The notes: generated by a model from the letters alone, not told the origin. Shown: positions 1 through 10,515, numbered from the stretch's first letter. The stretch is 64,000 bases of DNA from an uncultured Candidatus Saccharibacteria bacterium (GCA_964483475.1 CAZAAH010000002.1:31641-95640); one strand, 5' to 3'. Program-made: numbers and translations.

Positions 1-1893
1 TCTGGAATCAAAATTAAATCCTTCAATTTTGGCCTGGGCAGATTCAATAGCCCCTGAAATAATTTTGGCCTGGATTGGTTCATCATCTGGAACATTTAAA
101 GTCGTCATTACGTTTTTTATCCTGTCTCCGCCAAAAACTCTCATTAAATCATCCTCTAAAGAAATAAAAAACTGCGAGGAACCCGGGTCTCCCTGCCTAC
201 CGGCCCTCCCCCTCAATTGATTGTCAATCCGCCGTGCGTCATGCCTTTCGGTTCCCAACACATGCAAGCCCGAAAGCTCTCTTATTTTTTGAGATTCTTT
301 TGGATTTGGCGGATTACCGCCAAGAATTATGTCAACGCCCCGACCGGCCATGTTGGTCGCAATGGTCACTGCCCCGATTTTGCCGGCTTGGGCAATAATT
401 TCACCCTCTTTTTCATGATTTTTGGCATTCAAAATTTGGTGACTTATCCCTTCAATCCCCAACAATTTTCCTAAAAATTCGTTTTTTTCAACCGATTTTG
501 TGCCAACCAAAACCGGCTGCCCCTTTTTATTTAATTCTTTTATTTCTTTTACCACTGCCTTAAATTTCCCTTCTTCTGTTTTAAAAATTTTATCATCAAA
601 ATCTTTTCTTATCATCGGCCTGTGAGTTGGGATCACGACAACATCTAATTTATAAACTTTGTCGAATTCTTCAGATGAAGTCAGGGCCGTTCCCGTCATT
701 CCGGAAAGCTTTTTGTAAAGGCGGAAGTAATTTTGGAAAGTAATGGTTGCCATTGTGGTTGATTCGGGCTGTATGTTGACTCCTTCTTTGGCCTCAACTG
801 CTTGATGGAGTCCCTGTGACCAACGACGGCCAGGCAACATCCGGCCGGTAAATTCGTCAATGATGACAATTTCGCCGTTTTTTACCACATAGTCCCGGTC
901 CTTTAAAAATAATGTTTTTGCCCTCAAGGCAGATTCCAATTGATGGGTTGAGACAATATCATTTTCCTGCCAGGGGTCAAAGCCCAAACTTTTTACAACT
1001 TCATTTTGGCCAGATTCGGTAAAGTTGACTGTTTTCATTTTTTCATCAATGGTATAATCTTTTTCTTTTTCTAAATTCACTACCAGTCTGGCAAACTGAT
1101 AATATTTTTCCGTTGAGTCTTCTGCCTGGCCCGAAATAATCAATGGCACCCTGGCTTCGTCGATTAAAATAGAATCAACTTCGTCGACGATGGCAAAATT
1201 AAATCCCCTTTGGACTTGCTGACCCAAATCATAAACCATATTGTCTCTCAAATAATCAAATCCAAATTCATTGTTGGTGCCGTAGGTAATATCGGCTCGG
1301 TAGGCTTCCTGTTTTGAAACCGGCCGTAAATAATCTTCAACTACCTTAAAGCTGCCCACCAAGTCCCTCTCTTTATCTTTTTCGTCACTTTTGTAATTGG
1401 CATCATAAATATATCCAGACTCATTGGTAATGCATCCTACAGATAATCCTAAGGCATCATAAATTTGGCCCATCCAAACCATGTCTCTTTTGGCTAGGTA
1501 ATCGTTAACGGTCACAATATGAACTCCTTTCCCTTCCAACGCATTTAAATAAGCTGGCAAAGTTGCCGACAAGGTTTTGCCCTCGCCGGTTCTCATTTCT
1601 GCAATTTTTCCCTGGTGCAAAATAATTCCGCCAATTAACTGGACGTCAAAATGCCTTTGGTTTAAGGTTCTTTTGCCGGCTTCTCTAACCAAAGCAAAAG
1701 CCTCTGGCAAAATATCGTCCAGAGCGATTCCGGTCTTTAACTTTTCTTTAAATCCATTTGTTTTCTCTTTCAACTGGCTGTCTGAAAGCTTTTGAATTTC
1801 TGGCTCAAAAGAATTTATTTTATCAACAATGGGCTGTAAATTTTTTACAAATTTTTGGTTCGAATCTCCAAAAATTTTATTAAATATGGACAT
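1..1893 (-). CDS. secA: Preprotein translocase ATPase SecA (N-terminal ~631 aa; C-terminus beyond the left window edge)
   Basis: The minus-strand frame is open from the ATG (RC of 1891-1893) to position 1. Hand translation gives [15 protein letters not shown]...[57 protein letters not shown] (SecA motor Walker A region). At the left edge it reads ...[17 protein letters not shown]. It is missing from the ORF track because it runs off the window. Confidence 0.95.
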   Translation of the reverse strand, partial: MSIFNKIFGDSNQKFVKNLQPIVDKINSFEPEIQKLSDSQLKEKTNGFKEKLKTGIALDDILPEAFALVREAGKRTLNQRHFDVQLIGGIILHQGKIAEMRTGEGKTLSATLPAYLNALEGKGVHIVTVNDYLAKRDMVWMGQIYDALGLSVGCITNESGYIYDANYKSDEKDKERDLVGSFKVVEDYLRPVSKQEAYRADITYGTNNEFGFDYLRDNMVYDLGQQVQRGFNFAIVDEVDSILIDEARVPLIISGQAEDSTEKYYQFARLVVNLEKEKDYTIDEKMKTVNFTESGQNEVVKSLGFDPWQENDIVSTHQLESALRAKTLFLKDRDYVVKNGEIVIIDEFTGRMLPGRRWSQGLHQAVEAKEGVNIQPESTTMATITFQNYFRLYKKLSGMTGTALTSSEEFDKVYKLDVVVIPTHRPMIRKDFDDKIFKTEEGKFKAVVKEIKELNKKGQPVLVGTKSVEKNEFLGKLLGIEGISHQILNAKNHEKEGEIIAQAGKIGAVTIATNMAGRGVDIILGGNPPNPKESQKIRELSGLHVLGTERHDARRIDNQLRGRAGRQGDPGSSQFFISLEDDLMRVFGGDRIKNVMTTLNVPDDEPIQAKIISGAIESAQAKIEGFNFDSR

Positions 1894-1931
1894 AACATTT
1901 TAACTCTATCAAAAAATCTGGCTTTGTAAAA

Positions 1932-1960
1932 CCAAAAATCGGCTAGCGGCCGATTTTTGG
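1932..1960 (-). terminator. Hairpin between hpf and secA (probable hpf terminator)
   Basis: Perfect 12-bp inverted repeat ccaaaaatcggc / gccgatttttgg with a 5-nt loop. It is followed on the minus strand by only a short U-run (tttt). Confidence 0.5.
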
Positions 1961-1970
1961 TAAATTTAAT

Positions 1971-2342
1971 TTAAAAAATTTCTCTTTTGTTTTTTCTATA
2001 TTTTCTTCTGGGTGAATCAATGGTTTTTGTTTTGTACTTTCCTATTTCTCTTTTCAGTTCATCTCTAACCTCGACAACCGCCCTTTTTAAATCGTCGCCA
2101 TGGGCCTGGGCCACAAAGCTTTTGCCGGGCAGATTTACTTTTGTTTCTGCCTTAAATACGTCCCCTTTCCTATGGTGCATGGTTTCCTTTTCAACTTCTA
2201 CAAAAGCTTCCAATGAATCATTTTGTCCGCTTGACTTAGTGAAACTTTTTAAGAATTTTTTAATTCCACCAATTTTATTTTCTATAAAAGACCTAAGGGA
2301 TTCGGTGAGTTTTAAATTTTTGATCTTAACTATGATATTCAT
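1971..2342 (-). CDS. hpf: Ribosome hibernation promoting factor (HPF/RaiA family)
   Basis: The track ORF (to 2351) begins with TTG. The first ATG at 2342 gives MNIIVKIKNLKLTESLRSFIENKI..., a typical HPF/RaiA N-terminus, and the size fits. Confidence 0.8.
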   Translation of the reverse strand: MNIIVKIKNLKLTESLRSFIENKIGGIKKFLKSFTKSSGQNDSLEAFVEVEKETMHHRKGDVFKAETKVNLPGKSFVAQAHGDDLKRAVVEVRDELKREIGKYKTKTIDSPRRKYRKNKREIF

Positions 2343-2384
2343 TATGTGCAAATTTAACTTAACAAATTACAAGTTAATTATAAA

Positions 2385-3350
2385 TTAAAAACCCAAAAAT
2401 TGCACTTCTACCTCCAAATGTATGCCATACATTTTTTTTATTTTTTTCTTTACTAATTCAATAAGTTTGAGGATATCTTTTGCTTTAGCTCCCCCTAAAT
2501 TTACAATAAAATTTGGATGCTTCTCTGAAACTTGGGCTTTGCCAACTGTCGTCCCTTTTAATCCGGCTTCCGAAATTAAATAAGCAGTGGGAACAACCGG
2601 GAACGGATCTTTTTTAACAACAGCCAACAAGCTTTTTTTAAATTTTGGAAAAAACTTTTTAAAATCCACATTTTTAAAAATTGAGCCGGCATTGGGATAT
2701 TCTAAAGGATGCCTTTGATTTCTGTAGTTAACTCTTGCTCGAAAAATTTTCTGCAAGCTTTTTTTATCTCCCTTTTTTAACTTTATCTTGGCAGAAACTA
2801 CAACCCAGTTTTTCCTTTTAAAAATGGAAGACCGGTAAGAAAATTGGCATTGCTTATTTGAAAATTTCCTCAAGTTCAGTTTGTCGTCAAGGGCGTGAAC
2901 CTCTAGTATTATATCTTTAGTTTCGCCAGAAAACGCCCCGGCATTCCCCCTTACAGCCCCTCCCAAACTCCCAGGCAAACCACCCGCCCACTCCAATCCT
3001 TCCAAAGAATTTTTGACAGAAAACTTTACGAGCTTTCCCAACTCAACCCCAGCGCTGGCCGATATAATATTATTTTTTAGAGAGTAATCGTTACTGTTTT
3101 TGAGTTTTATAACCAGTCCCTTAAAACCTTGATCTGAAACTAAAAGATTGCTGCCTCCGCCCAAAACAAAAACCGGCAATTTTAGGCGCTTGGCAACTTT
3201 TATTGCTTTCCCCAAATCTTTTTGGTCGCTCGCAGTTAAAAAATATTCGGCTGGTCCGCCGATTTTAAAAGTAGTGTGATTTTTGAGCAAAATATTTTTT
3301 TTAGTTCCGGGCAATTCTTTTTTTAATATTTTAAAAACTTCAGATTGCAT
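2385..3350 (-). CDS. murB: UDP-N-acetylenolpyruvoylglucosamine reductase MurB
   Basis: 321 aa with MurB-like segments TFKIGGPAEYF, VLGGGSNLLVSD and AGSIFKN, and a C-terminal HLEVEVQFLG. Confidence 0.9.
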   Translation of the reverse strand: MQSEVFKILKKELPGTKKNILLKNHTTFKIGGPAEYFLTASDQKDLGKAIKVAKRLKLPVFVLGGGSNLLVSDQGFKGLVIKLKNSNDYSLKNNIISASAGVELGKLVKFSVKNSLEGLEWAGGLPGSLGGAVRGNAGAFSGETKDIILEVHALDDKLNLRKFSNKQCQFSYRSSIFKRKNWVVVSAKIKLKKGDKKSLQKIFRARVNYRNQRHPLEYPNAGSIFKNVDFKKFFPKFKKSLLAVVKKDPFPVVPTAYLISEAGLKGTTVGKAQVSEKHPNFIVNLGGAKAKDILKLIELVKKKIKKMYGIHLEVEVQFLGF

Positions 3351-4932
3351 TTAAAAATTGATTTATTTTTGACCGAGTTAAAGGCCCAACAAATCCAGTT
3401 TGGATAATCCCGTATTTTTTTTGGAACCTCATTACAGCTAACTTGGTTAGTCTTCCAAAATAACCCGTTACCAAGCCCTCGGGATAAATATCTGCTCCCT
3501 GACCTTTCAAAAATTGCTGGAGGCACCTGACTTGATCGTTATTAAAAATTCCAAAGTAAAGATTACTTGTGATTTGCTGGCACAAATTATTATTGGGTTT
3601 TGGGATAAAGTTTCCGATTGAGGCTGTAAAAGTGTATGGATAGGTTAACTCGAGCCCGTCAAATCCGGAAAATTTTGACTGCAGAGAAGGAATAATTATC
3701 AAAGAGTTGTATTTTGAGCCAAAATCTTTAATGTCAATTTCTCCCTTTTGATTTTTATCAAGCGGTAAAAAGTTTAACGAATAATTATTGTCTTTGTCAA
3801 AAATCAAATAGGGAACCTGGAAGTTAAGCCCCTGCAAACTCTCAAATTCTAATTTTAAATCTCCATCGCCTCCGATTATTTTTTGCCAGTTTCCTGACCA
3901 ATTTTTGGTTATATTGGTTACCGACAAAGAACTGTTGCCAGACAGGGGTAAAAAATTTAACGTTGGAATTATTCTTAAATTCTTAAGGTTTTTATCCAAA
4001 TAGCAATATTTTTGGTTCTGGGAGCAATCATTAATGACGGCGGTTATCGTCCAATTGGTAAAAGCTTGGCTAAAATCTTCTTTGGCGCCATCCTTGAAAA
4101 GAGCTTCGTTGATACTGGGTATGCCGACTAATTTTGATTTGAGGGAATCCGCCAAAACTTTTATTGAATAGTGGTCAGCCAAATAGTGCGTGAACACGCT
4201 GGCAACGGCATAGTCGTATTTTGTCTCCTGCCATTCGGTTAAGGGGTCCTGGGGATTTTGCAAAAAATCTCTGACTCTTCTTTGCAAATTGCTGCCATCG
4301 TAAAGATCGTCATATCCCAACATGGTTGAGGAGTAGTCGGCCCTGGCCTCGTTAAGCCAAACTTCTTCTTGAACTCCTTGCAGCCTATTTTTTTGATTAA
4401 AAGTTATAAGGTGGGTAAATTCATGAGATAAAAATATCTTCAATCGCTGGTCGTCTATGTTGGCAAGGGAAAGATAGAGCATTTCTTTTTCGTTGGAATC
4501 TGGAATTTGGAGTTTTAAATATTCGTCGGCCGAACGGAAATAACCGCTAACGCCCTCTTTCATTGAGTGGAATAAAATGGTAATCCTGTTGTCGCCGTCA
4601 ACTCCGGGCTTCCATTCGCTTCCAAAGACCGAAGTTAAAATCGGATAAATTCTTCCGTCAAATTCAGAAGACAAAACATCCAGATTATTTAAAATTTCAC
4701 TTTGCCTGGCTGGAGTTTGCATTTCCCACCAAGACTTATCAACATAAAAATAAAGGTTGGGAGAAGTTTTTACAAGAACGGCCGTAACTTGAGACCTGGC
4801 AACTGCATCAAAGTTTTTATCAACATTAAAATTCAAACTGACTAAATTGTCAGCTTTTGCAAAAGACCAAGAAAACAGAATAAAAAAAGATACCGCAAAC
4901 AGAAAAAATAATTTTTTCTTAACTTTTGGCAT
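3340..4932 (-). CDS. Secreted HExxH metallopeptidase-like protein with C-terminal peptidoglycan-binding domain
   Basis: 530 aa with a signal/TM segment (KKLFFLFAVSFFILFSWSFAKA) and an HExxH motif (LSHEFTHLITF). The C-terminus has a PG_binding_1-like module (VRCLQQFLKGQGADIYPEGLVTGYFGRLTKLAVMRFQKKYGI). Confidence 0.55.
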   Translation of the reverse strand: MPKVKKKLFFLFAVSFFILFSWSFAKADNLVSLNFNVDKNFDAVARSQVTAVLVKTSPNLYFYVDKSWWEMQTPARQSEILNNLDVLSSEFDGRIYPILTSVFGSEWKPGVDGDNRITILFHSMKEGVSGYFRSADEYLKLQIPDSNEKEMLYLSLANIDDQRLKIFLSHEFTHLITFNQKNRLQGVQEEVWLNEARADYSSTMLGYDDLYDGSNLQRRVRDFLQNPQDPLTEWQETKYDYAVASVFTHYLADHYSIKVLADSLKSKLVGIPSINEALFKDGAKEDFSQAFTNWTITAVINDCSQNQKYCYLDKNLKNLRIIPTLNFLPLSGNSSLSVTNITKNWSGNWQKIIGGDGDLKLEFESLQGLNFQVPYLIFDKDNNYSLNFLPLDKNQKGEIDIKDFGSKYNSLIIIPSLQSKFSGFDGLELTYPYTFTASIGNFIPKPNNNLCQQITSNLYFGIFNNDQVRCLQQFLKGQGADIYPEGLVTGYFGRLTKLAVMRFQKKYGIIQTGFVGPLTRSKINQFLNAI

Positions 4933-4934
4933 TT

Positions 4935-5750
4935 TTAAATCTTATAGAGATAGTGATTGGTGGGATGTAGTTTAAATCCTACTTTCTTATACAGTTCGTT
5001 GGCGGCTACTCTTGCTGGATTTGAAGTCAGCTCAATCATATCCATTTTTTCTTTTCTTGCCCATGCTATAAGTTCTAAAAGCATTTTTTTCCCGTAACCT
5101 TTGCCCCTATAGTTGTCATCAACAATCATATCCTCAACCACGGCTTGCCTTCTCAGCATGGTTTGGCGGCCGAAAATCCAGCCCATGCCTACTAACTTTT
5201 CGCCCTCATATATTTTTGAAACAAATCCGTTTAAAACTGCCCTGTAAAGATACTGTTCGTTAATTTTTGCAGAAGAGTCGAGCTGGGAAGTTAAAATTCT
5301 AACCCTTTCAAGGTCAAAAACAAAATTGTCTTTAAGCCAGGAAACGATAGCTTGATTGCTGTCAAAAGCAACCTCTTTTTGGTCAATGACCTTTAAGTCA
5401 ACAAATTGATAATCGCTATTTTCTTGGTCAAGTGCTATGTTATCTTTTATGTGGACAAGAAATACATGGCTTAAAATGGGAAACTCTTCCTCTTTCCAAA
5501 CATGCTTGCCCTGCTGAGTTTTTATGAAAGTAGCATCAACTAAATCCACCCCCAGCTCTTCTTTCACTTCCCTTGCTAGCGCCTGTTCTGGGGTTTCTTT
5601 TTCTTGCATAAATCCCCCCGGTAAATCCCATTGGCCTTTGAATGGCTCTTGGTTTCTTTTAACCAAAAGAAGCTTGTTGTCCTGAATAATAACGGCGGTG
5701 GCGGTGGCTTTGGGGTTTTTAAAAGAGCATAATTCGCAATGGGATTCCAT
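4935..5750 (-). CDS. Nudix hydrolase - GNAT acetyltransferase fusion protein
   Basis: The track ORF starts at 5807 and overlaps the upstream gene by 56 nt. The ATG at 5750 (MESHCELCSF) abuts the upstream stop. It has a Nudix box GGFMQEKETPEQALAREVKEELGV and a C-terminal GNAT signature (DDNYRGKGYGKKMLLELIAWARKE...ELYKKVGF). Confidence 0.7.
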   Translation of the reverse strand: MESHCELCSFKNPKATATAVIIQDNKLLLVKRNQEPFKGQWDLPGGFMQEKETPEQALAREVKEELGVDLVDATFIKTQQGKHVWKEEEFPILSHVFLVHIKDNIALDQENSDYQFVDLKVIDQKEVAFDSNQAIVSWLKDNFVFDLERVRILTSQLDSSAKINEQYLYRAVLNGFVSKIYEGEKLVGMGWIFGRQTMLRRQAVVEDMIVDDNYRGKGYGKKMLLELIAWARKEKMDMIELTSNPARVAANELYKKVGFKLHPTNHYLYKI

Positions 5751-5751
5751 A

Positions 5752-6489
5752 TTAGGCAATAGGTTTAATAATTTTATTTTTATTTTTGTCCCACCATTCT
5801 TTGACAAGAATAATAATTAATCCGGCAAAAAATCCAGCAAACGCGCCGACAATCAGCATAAAAATGATTTTCAAAAATTTCTTAGAAAATGAAGCGGAAG
5901 ATTCGGAAACTGACTTAGATTCCAAAACATCGGGTTCTTTTACTATTTTTGATGGGCTGGCATTTGCCAGGTCATCCTTCAGGCTAAGTTCTATTATTTC
6001 TAACGCCGGCGAGGGCTGGCCGTATGACACAAATTTATTCATTGAGCGCTCTACATTGGCTATCTTTTGCGAAACGCTGTCTTTATAAAATTTCAAAATT
6101 CCATCTTGTTCTGATAAAATCGCGTTCATACAATTGGCAAGATTAGTTTTGGCTTCTTCTTTGTTTTTAGCATGAGACTCCAAACTTACTAAAAAGGTTT
6201 CCGGGATATTGGAAGCTGTCACTGAATTGCAAAAAACCCCTGAGTTAATTTTTGAAACGACATTTTCTATTCTTTCGATCGGCTGGCCCTTCATTTGGCC
6301 AACTTCAATCAAAGCTGTTGCTTGGTAGGTGGTCGGAGCCAAGGGCGATGGTTTATTTTTTGCCAGATAAACACCAACGGCAAACAGTATGCCCAAAGAA
6401 ACACACCAAAAAATGATCTTCTTTCTTTTAATAAGGGTGTTGATTACGTCGATTAAATTAATTTCTTCTATGCTGTTTTGACTTTCCAT
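5752..6489 (-). CDS. Wzz-like polysaccharide chain-length determinant (two TM helices)
   Basis: 245 aa with a Wzz-type N-terminus (EINLIDVINTLIKRKKIIFWCVSLGILFAVGVYLA) and a second TM helix at the C-terminus. It sits directly downstream of the capD-like gene. Confidence 0.55.
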   Translation of the reverse strand: MESQNSIEEINLIDVINTLIKRKKIIFWCVSLGILFAVGVYLAKNKPSPLAPTTYQATALIEVGQMKGQPIERIENVVSKINSGVFCNSVTASNIPETFLVSLESHAKNKEEAKTNLANCMNAILSEQDGILKFYKDSVSQKIANVERSMNKFVSYGQPSPALEIIELSLKDDLANASPSKIVKEPDVLESKSVSESSASFSKKFLKIIFMLIVGAFAGFFAGLIIILVKEWWDKNKNKIIKPIA

Positions 6490-6493
6490 ATTA

Positions 6494-8362
6494 TTAATTA
6501 TTTTTATACGAAGGAGTAATTTCTTTTAATGCTTCCATTAAATCATATTTATTATTTTTTATCAAAAGGCTTTTTAACTTTTCCATTTTGGCCATAAATT
6601 TTTCATGATTTGGAGCCCAAATTTTTGCCACAAAAATTTTTTGATTTTTAGTTACCGTTGTTCCCTCCTCGGCTGTCAAAATTTCTTCAAAAAGTTTTTC
6701 TCCGGGCCTCGGGCTGGTGAAAATTATTTTAATGTCTTCATCTATTTTAAACCCAGATAATCTTATCATTTCTTTTGCCAAATCCAAAATTTTAACGGGC
6801 TCACCCATATCCAAAACAAAAACTTCTCCCCCCTGGCCCATGGCCCCTGCCTGCATTACCAAAAGGCAAGCTTCCGATTTTAACATAAAATACCTTTTCA
6901 TTTCAGGATGGGTCACTTCAACCGGCCCCCTCCTTCTGATTTGCTCCCTGAAGATGGGAATGACGCTTCCCCGGCTGTCCAAAACATTTCCAAATCTGAC
7001 CGAAATGAACTTTGTGATATTTTTTCCATTGTATATCTGGCAAAGCATTTCTCCCGCTCTTTTGGTAGCTCCCATAACTGATGTTGGATTGATGGCCTTA
7101 TCGGTTGAAATAAAAATAAATTTTTCAACTTTATTTTTAATGCTCTGGTTGGCCAAAACATCTGTCCCAAAAATGTTATTTTTTATGGCTTCATCAGGAT
7201 TTTCTTCCATGAGGGGAACGTGTTTGTAAGCAGCGGCATGGAAAACGATCTCTGGACGATGTTTTTCAAAAATATCTCTCATTTTTTCTGCGTCTCTTAT
7301 ATCGGCCACAAATTGGTGAATTGCCAGATCCGGAAAGCCATATGTTAGTTCTTGTGATATGTTAAAAATTCCGGTTTCGTCCTGGTCGAGCAGTATGAGA
7401 TAAGCAGGAGAAAATCTTGCGACCTGCCTTGCCAGTTCCGAGCCTATTGAACCAGCCGAACCCGTTATCAATATTTTTTTGTCTTTTATCAGTTTTTCTA
7501 TTTGTCTCGTGTCTATAATAACCGATTCCCTTTTCAATAAATCCTCAATTTCCACATTCTTTAAGTCGTGCAAAGAGATGTTACCCCTGATAATTTCTGA
7601 AAGTGGAGGGAAAATTTTAATTTTTTTAACCCCCGAAGCCCTGGCCATGTCCATAGCATCCTTTATGGCTTTTGAGCCGGCCGAAGGCAGGGCAATAATC
7701 AGCTGGGTTACTTCATTATTTTTTATTATTTTTGGAATTTCAGAGATTTTTCCCAACACTTTTACCCCATGGATGTTGACATTTTGCTTTATGTGGCTGT
7801 CATCGGCAAAACCAACCGGGAAATAAGCTGTGTCAGAAGAAGACAAAATGCTCCTTAAAATTTGCTCTCCTGTGTCCCCAGCCCCGACAATAAGCGTCTT
7901 TTCTTTTCCGACAATGTTCCCTCGGTAAAAAACAGAAAAATAAATTCTTTTGGAGAAACGGGTGAGAGCAGAAAATAAAAATATTAAAAAATAACTCATC
8001 AGCAAAACCGAACGGGGAAATCCAATGAAAGCGTAAAAATCTTTTGATATGAAAATGGCTGCTCCCATAAAAATAAAGCTCAACGTCAGGCTTCGAAAAA
8101 GTGAAATGAGTTCTTTGGTGCTAACGAAAGACCAGGAAAAAGTGTATAAGTCCTGAAGGTAAAAAATGGGGATGATGAAAAAAACGGACAAGAAAGCTAT
8201 TCTCCAGATTGAAGTGAAATACTGGCTGGGAATATTGTAATCAAATTTCAAAAAGAAAGACAGCCAAACAGCCAAAAAAATGAAAAAAATGTCAGCTGAA
8301 ACAAAAAAAATCAGCCGGTTTGTTTTTGTCCTTAATTTGTTGAAGTAAAGGAGAATATTCAT
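6494..8362 (-). CDS. Membrane-bound nucleotide-sugar 4,6-dehydratase (CapD/PglF/WbpM, Polysacc_synt_2 family)
   Basis: 622 aa with four N-terminal TM helices followed by Rossmann motifs (LIVGAGDTGEQI; ILITGSAGSIGSEL) and AAAYKHVPLME. Confidence 0.85.
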   Translation of the reverse strand: MNILLYFNKLRTKTNRLIFFVSADIFFIFLAVWLSFFLKFDYNIPSQYFTSIWRIAFLSVFFIIPIFYLQDLYTFSWSFVSTKELISLFRSLTLSFIFMGAAIFISKDFYAFIGFPRSVLLMSYFLIFLFSALTRFSKRIYFSVFYRGNIVGKEKTLIVGAGDTGEQILRSILSSSDTAYFPVGFADDSHIKQNVNIHGVKVLGKISEIPKIIKNNEVTQLIIALPSAGSKAIKDAMDMARASGVKKIKIFPPLSEIIRGNISLHDLKNVEIEDLLKRESVIIDTRQIEKLIKDKKILITGSAGSIGSELARQVARFSPAYLILLDQDETGIFNISQELTYGFPDLAIHQFVADIRDAEKMRDIFEKHRPEIVFHAAAYKHVPLMEENPDEAIKNNIFGTDVLANQSIKNKVEKFIFISTDKAINPTSVMGATKRAGEMLCQIYNGKNITKFISVRFGNVLDSRGSVIPIFREQIRRRGPVEVTHPEMKRYFMLKSEACLLVMQAGAMGQGGEVFVLDMGEPVKILDLAKEMIRLSGFKIDEDIKIIFTSPRPGEKLFEEILTAEEGTTVTKNQKIFVAKIWAPNHEKFMAKMEKLKSLLIKNNKYDLMEALKEITPSYKNN

Positions 8363-9645
8363 TTTTGATTGTAAAATTCTTTAACGCAAGAAATAATGTA
8401 TGTTACCTCTTTGTTGGTCAATTCGGGATATGCCGGAATTCTAACCGCGTCGCGAGAGATATTTTCGGTAACGGGCAGGCTAAAGTTATCCAGATAAAGG
8501 TTTTTTACTTTGTGGTTGGGCGTGGTTTCCCTAATTAAAAGTTCAACCCCTTTTTTATCCATAAATTTTTTGAATTTTTTGCGCTCGAGGTCGCTACCAA
8601 TCCTGATGATAAATTCCTGAATGACATCTCCTTTATTATAGATCGGCAACTTAACCGGCAGGTTTTTCATCCCTTTAATATACCTATTGGCAATTTCTTT
8701 TCTGCGAGCCAAAAACTGGTTGTAGTATTTGAACTTTACATTGAGCAAAGCCGCCTGAATATTATCAAGCCTGGACTTCCAAGCCCAGTGGACGATTCGA
8801 GGCGTGGGAAAATCAGCCATCCTCACTGAAGTCTGGGCCATGTTCCAATGGTTTCTTAATAAATACAATTTTTCAGCCAGTTTTCTATCGCTGGTAACAA
8901 TTCCCCCGCCGTCACCAAATCCTCCCAAAAGTTTTGGCGTGTTAAAGCTAAAACATCCCACACTTCCAAAACTTCCCGCCATTTTTCCTTTATAGCTTGA
9001 CCCCAAAGCCTGACAACCGTCTTCAATTACAAAAAGGTTGTATTTTTTTGCCAAGGCCATTATGTTATCCATCTCGCAAACTTTGCCGTGAAAATGAACC
9101 GGCAAAATGGCTTTGGTTCTTTTGGTAATGGCTTTTTCTATTTGGTTCTCATCCATCAGTTCATTTGCTTTTACATCAATTAAAATCGGCCTGGCCCCTG
9201 CGTGGATGATGCACTGGATTGAGGCGATAAAAGTGTGTGAGACCGTTATCACCTCATCTCCCTCAAATTTTTCGTTGGCTTCTTTCAGTGAAATTTTTCC
9301 GTCTTGAACTTGCTTTAAAAGATAATCCCAGTTGCCCTTTATGCCCAGAGCAATACAAGAAAGCAAAAGAGCATCAGTTCCCGAATTTACTCCAACTCCG
9401 TACTTTGTCCCAGTATATTTTGCCAGATTATCTTCAAACTTGGAAACATCCTCTCGTAAAATTAAATTTCCCTGTTTGACGCAGTTCCAAAAAGCGTCAA
9501 TCAATTCTTTTTTGTGTTTTTTCGCAAAGCGAATGTAAGAGTTTCGAATGAAGTTTATTTTGTAATCCATAGAATGCAAATTTTCGATTTTAAATTCATT
9601 ATTAATTTTAAACCAAATAATATATTTTTTCAATATTTTCAACAT
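8359..9645 (-). CDS. DegT/DnrJ/EryC1/StrS-family sugar aminotransferase (PglE-like)
   Basis: 428 aa with family segments NSGTDALLL and GDEVITVSHTFIAS. An alternative ATG at 9570 (MDYKINFIR) fits family N-termini better. There is a ~25-aa insertion before GDEVI. Confidence 0.85.
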   Translation of the reverse strand: MLKILKKYIIWFKINNEFKIENLHSMDYKINFIRNSYIRFAKKHKKELIDAFWNCVKQGNLILREDVSKFEDNLAKYTGTKYGVGVNSGTDALLLSCIALGIKGNWDYLLKQVQDGKISLKEANEKFEGDEVITVSHTFIASIQCIIHAGARPILIDVKANELMDENQIEKAITKRTKAILPVHFHGKVCEMDNIMALAKKYNLFVIEDGCQALGSSYKGKMAGSFGSVGCFSFNTPKLLGGFGDGGGIVTSDRKLAEKLYLLRNHWNMAQTSVRMADFPTPRIVHWAWKSRLDNIQAALLNVKFKYYNQFLARRKEIANRYIKGMKNLPVKLPIYNKGDVIQEFIIRIGSDLERKKFKKFMDKKGVELLIRETTPNHKVKNLYLDNFSLPVTENISRDAVRIPAYPELTNKEVTYIISCVKEFYNQK

Positions 9646-9687
9646 AAAAAAAGCCCAAAGAGAATCAAATCTGCTAAGAGCTCTATT

Positions 9688-10515
9688 TCAGAATTCCAGG
9701 GCCACGGCCGTGGCTTCTGGGAAGTCTTCATGGGTTGAGAGTTTTTCTTTTTCATTCGCCTCACGAGTTTTATTCAAGAGCCAATCTACTCCTCCATAGT
9801 TGTATTGACTTATTACATAGTTAGCCATATCCCTGACATTATTTGTCGTTTCAAACGGAATAAATCCATCCGTAAAAAGAATTAAGAAATGGAGCTTGCT
9901 AAGTTCAATACTGAAGCTATTGCAATTATCATAAAAATTTGTCTGGCCATTAAGAAGGCAAAGTCCATACTCTTTTGAATATTTACGGCGCTCGTCAATC
10001 AAAATGGGCCGAAAATCTTGCCACATTTTTTGGCGATCGCCGTTGTTTTTTGCCATCAGCTCGGCAATAGTATCGGTCAAAAACTTTTCGTACTGAAAGT
10101 TTTTGTTTGGCGTTCCTCCAAGCGAGCCGTCTTTTAATTGCCAAACGGCCAATGTGTCTCCGCCCTGTTTAATATAAACTTTTTCATCGGTTAATTCGCA
10201 AATTGAAAAACAAGCACTGGGCAGGAAAGCCGGATCATTCAAAAATAAATTATTTTTCTTTGCTATTTCCCCCAACTTCCAATTAGCTCCTTGGAGCGTT
10301 GAACGAAAACAATATGGTCCGGCGAAGCTAAATTCTTTAACAATCATATCTGATGCCAACTGGCCGCCAGTTTTTCCATCAAACAATTTCGGCCCTTCCT
10401 CTGGAAGGTAGACCCCGCTGACTCCATCAGTAACTCCGTAGTAAGGCGGAGAAATAATCAACCCATCTTCACTTTTTTTAGCGCTTCCGTCATCATGCAA
10501 AGATTGGACTCTCAT
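9688..10515 (-). CDS. PP2C/SpoIIE-like phosphatase-fold protein (tentative)
   Basis: The track ORF starts with TTG at 10545. The ATG at 10515 is preceded by a GGGAAAGGGA SD. The motif series GVTDGVSG, GGDTLAVW, LILFTDGF, ATAVALEF resembles PP2C. The gene is GC-richer than its neighbours. Confidence 0.45.
   Translation of the reverse strand: MRVQSLHDDGSAKKSEDGLIISPPYYGVTDGVSGVYLPEEGPKLFDGKTGGQLASDMIVKEFSFAGPYCFRSTLQGANWKLGEIAKKNNLFLNDPAFLPSACFSICELTDEKVYIKQGGDTLAVWQLKDGSLGGTPNKNFQYEKFLTDTIAELMAKNNGDRQKMWQDFRPILIDERRKYSKEYGLCLLNGQTNFYDNCNSFSIELSKLHFLILFTDGFIPFETTNNVRDMANYVISQYNYGGVDWLLNKTREANEKEKLSTHEDFPEATAVALEF

Noticed and set aside
1857-1866. A ggttcgaatc string resembling a tRNA T-loop.
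   Set aside because: It lies inside the secA reading frame (it encodes …GDSNQ… on the minus strand), and no acceptor or anticodon stems can be drawn around it.
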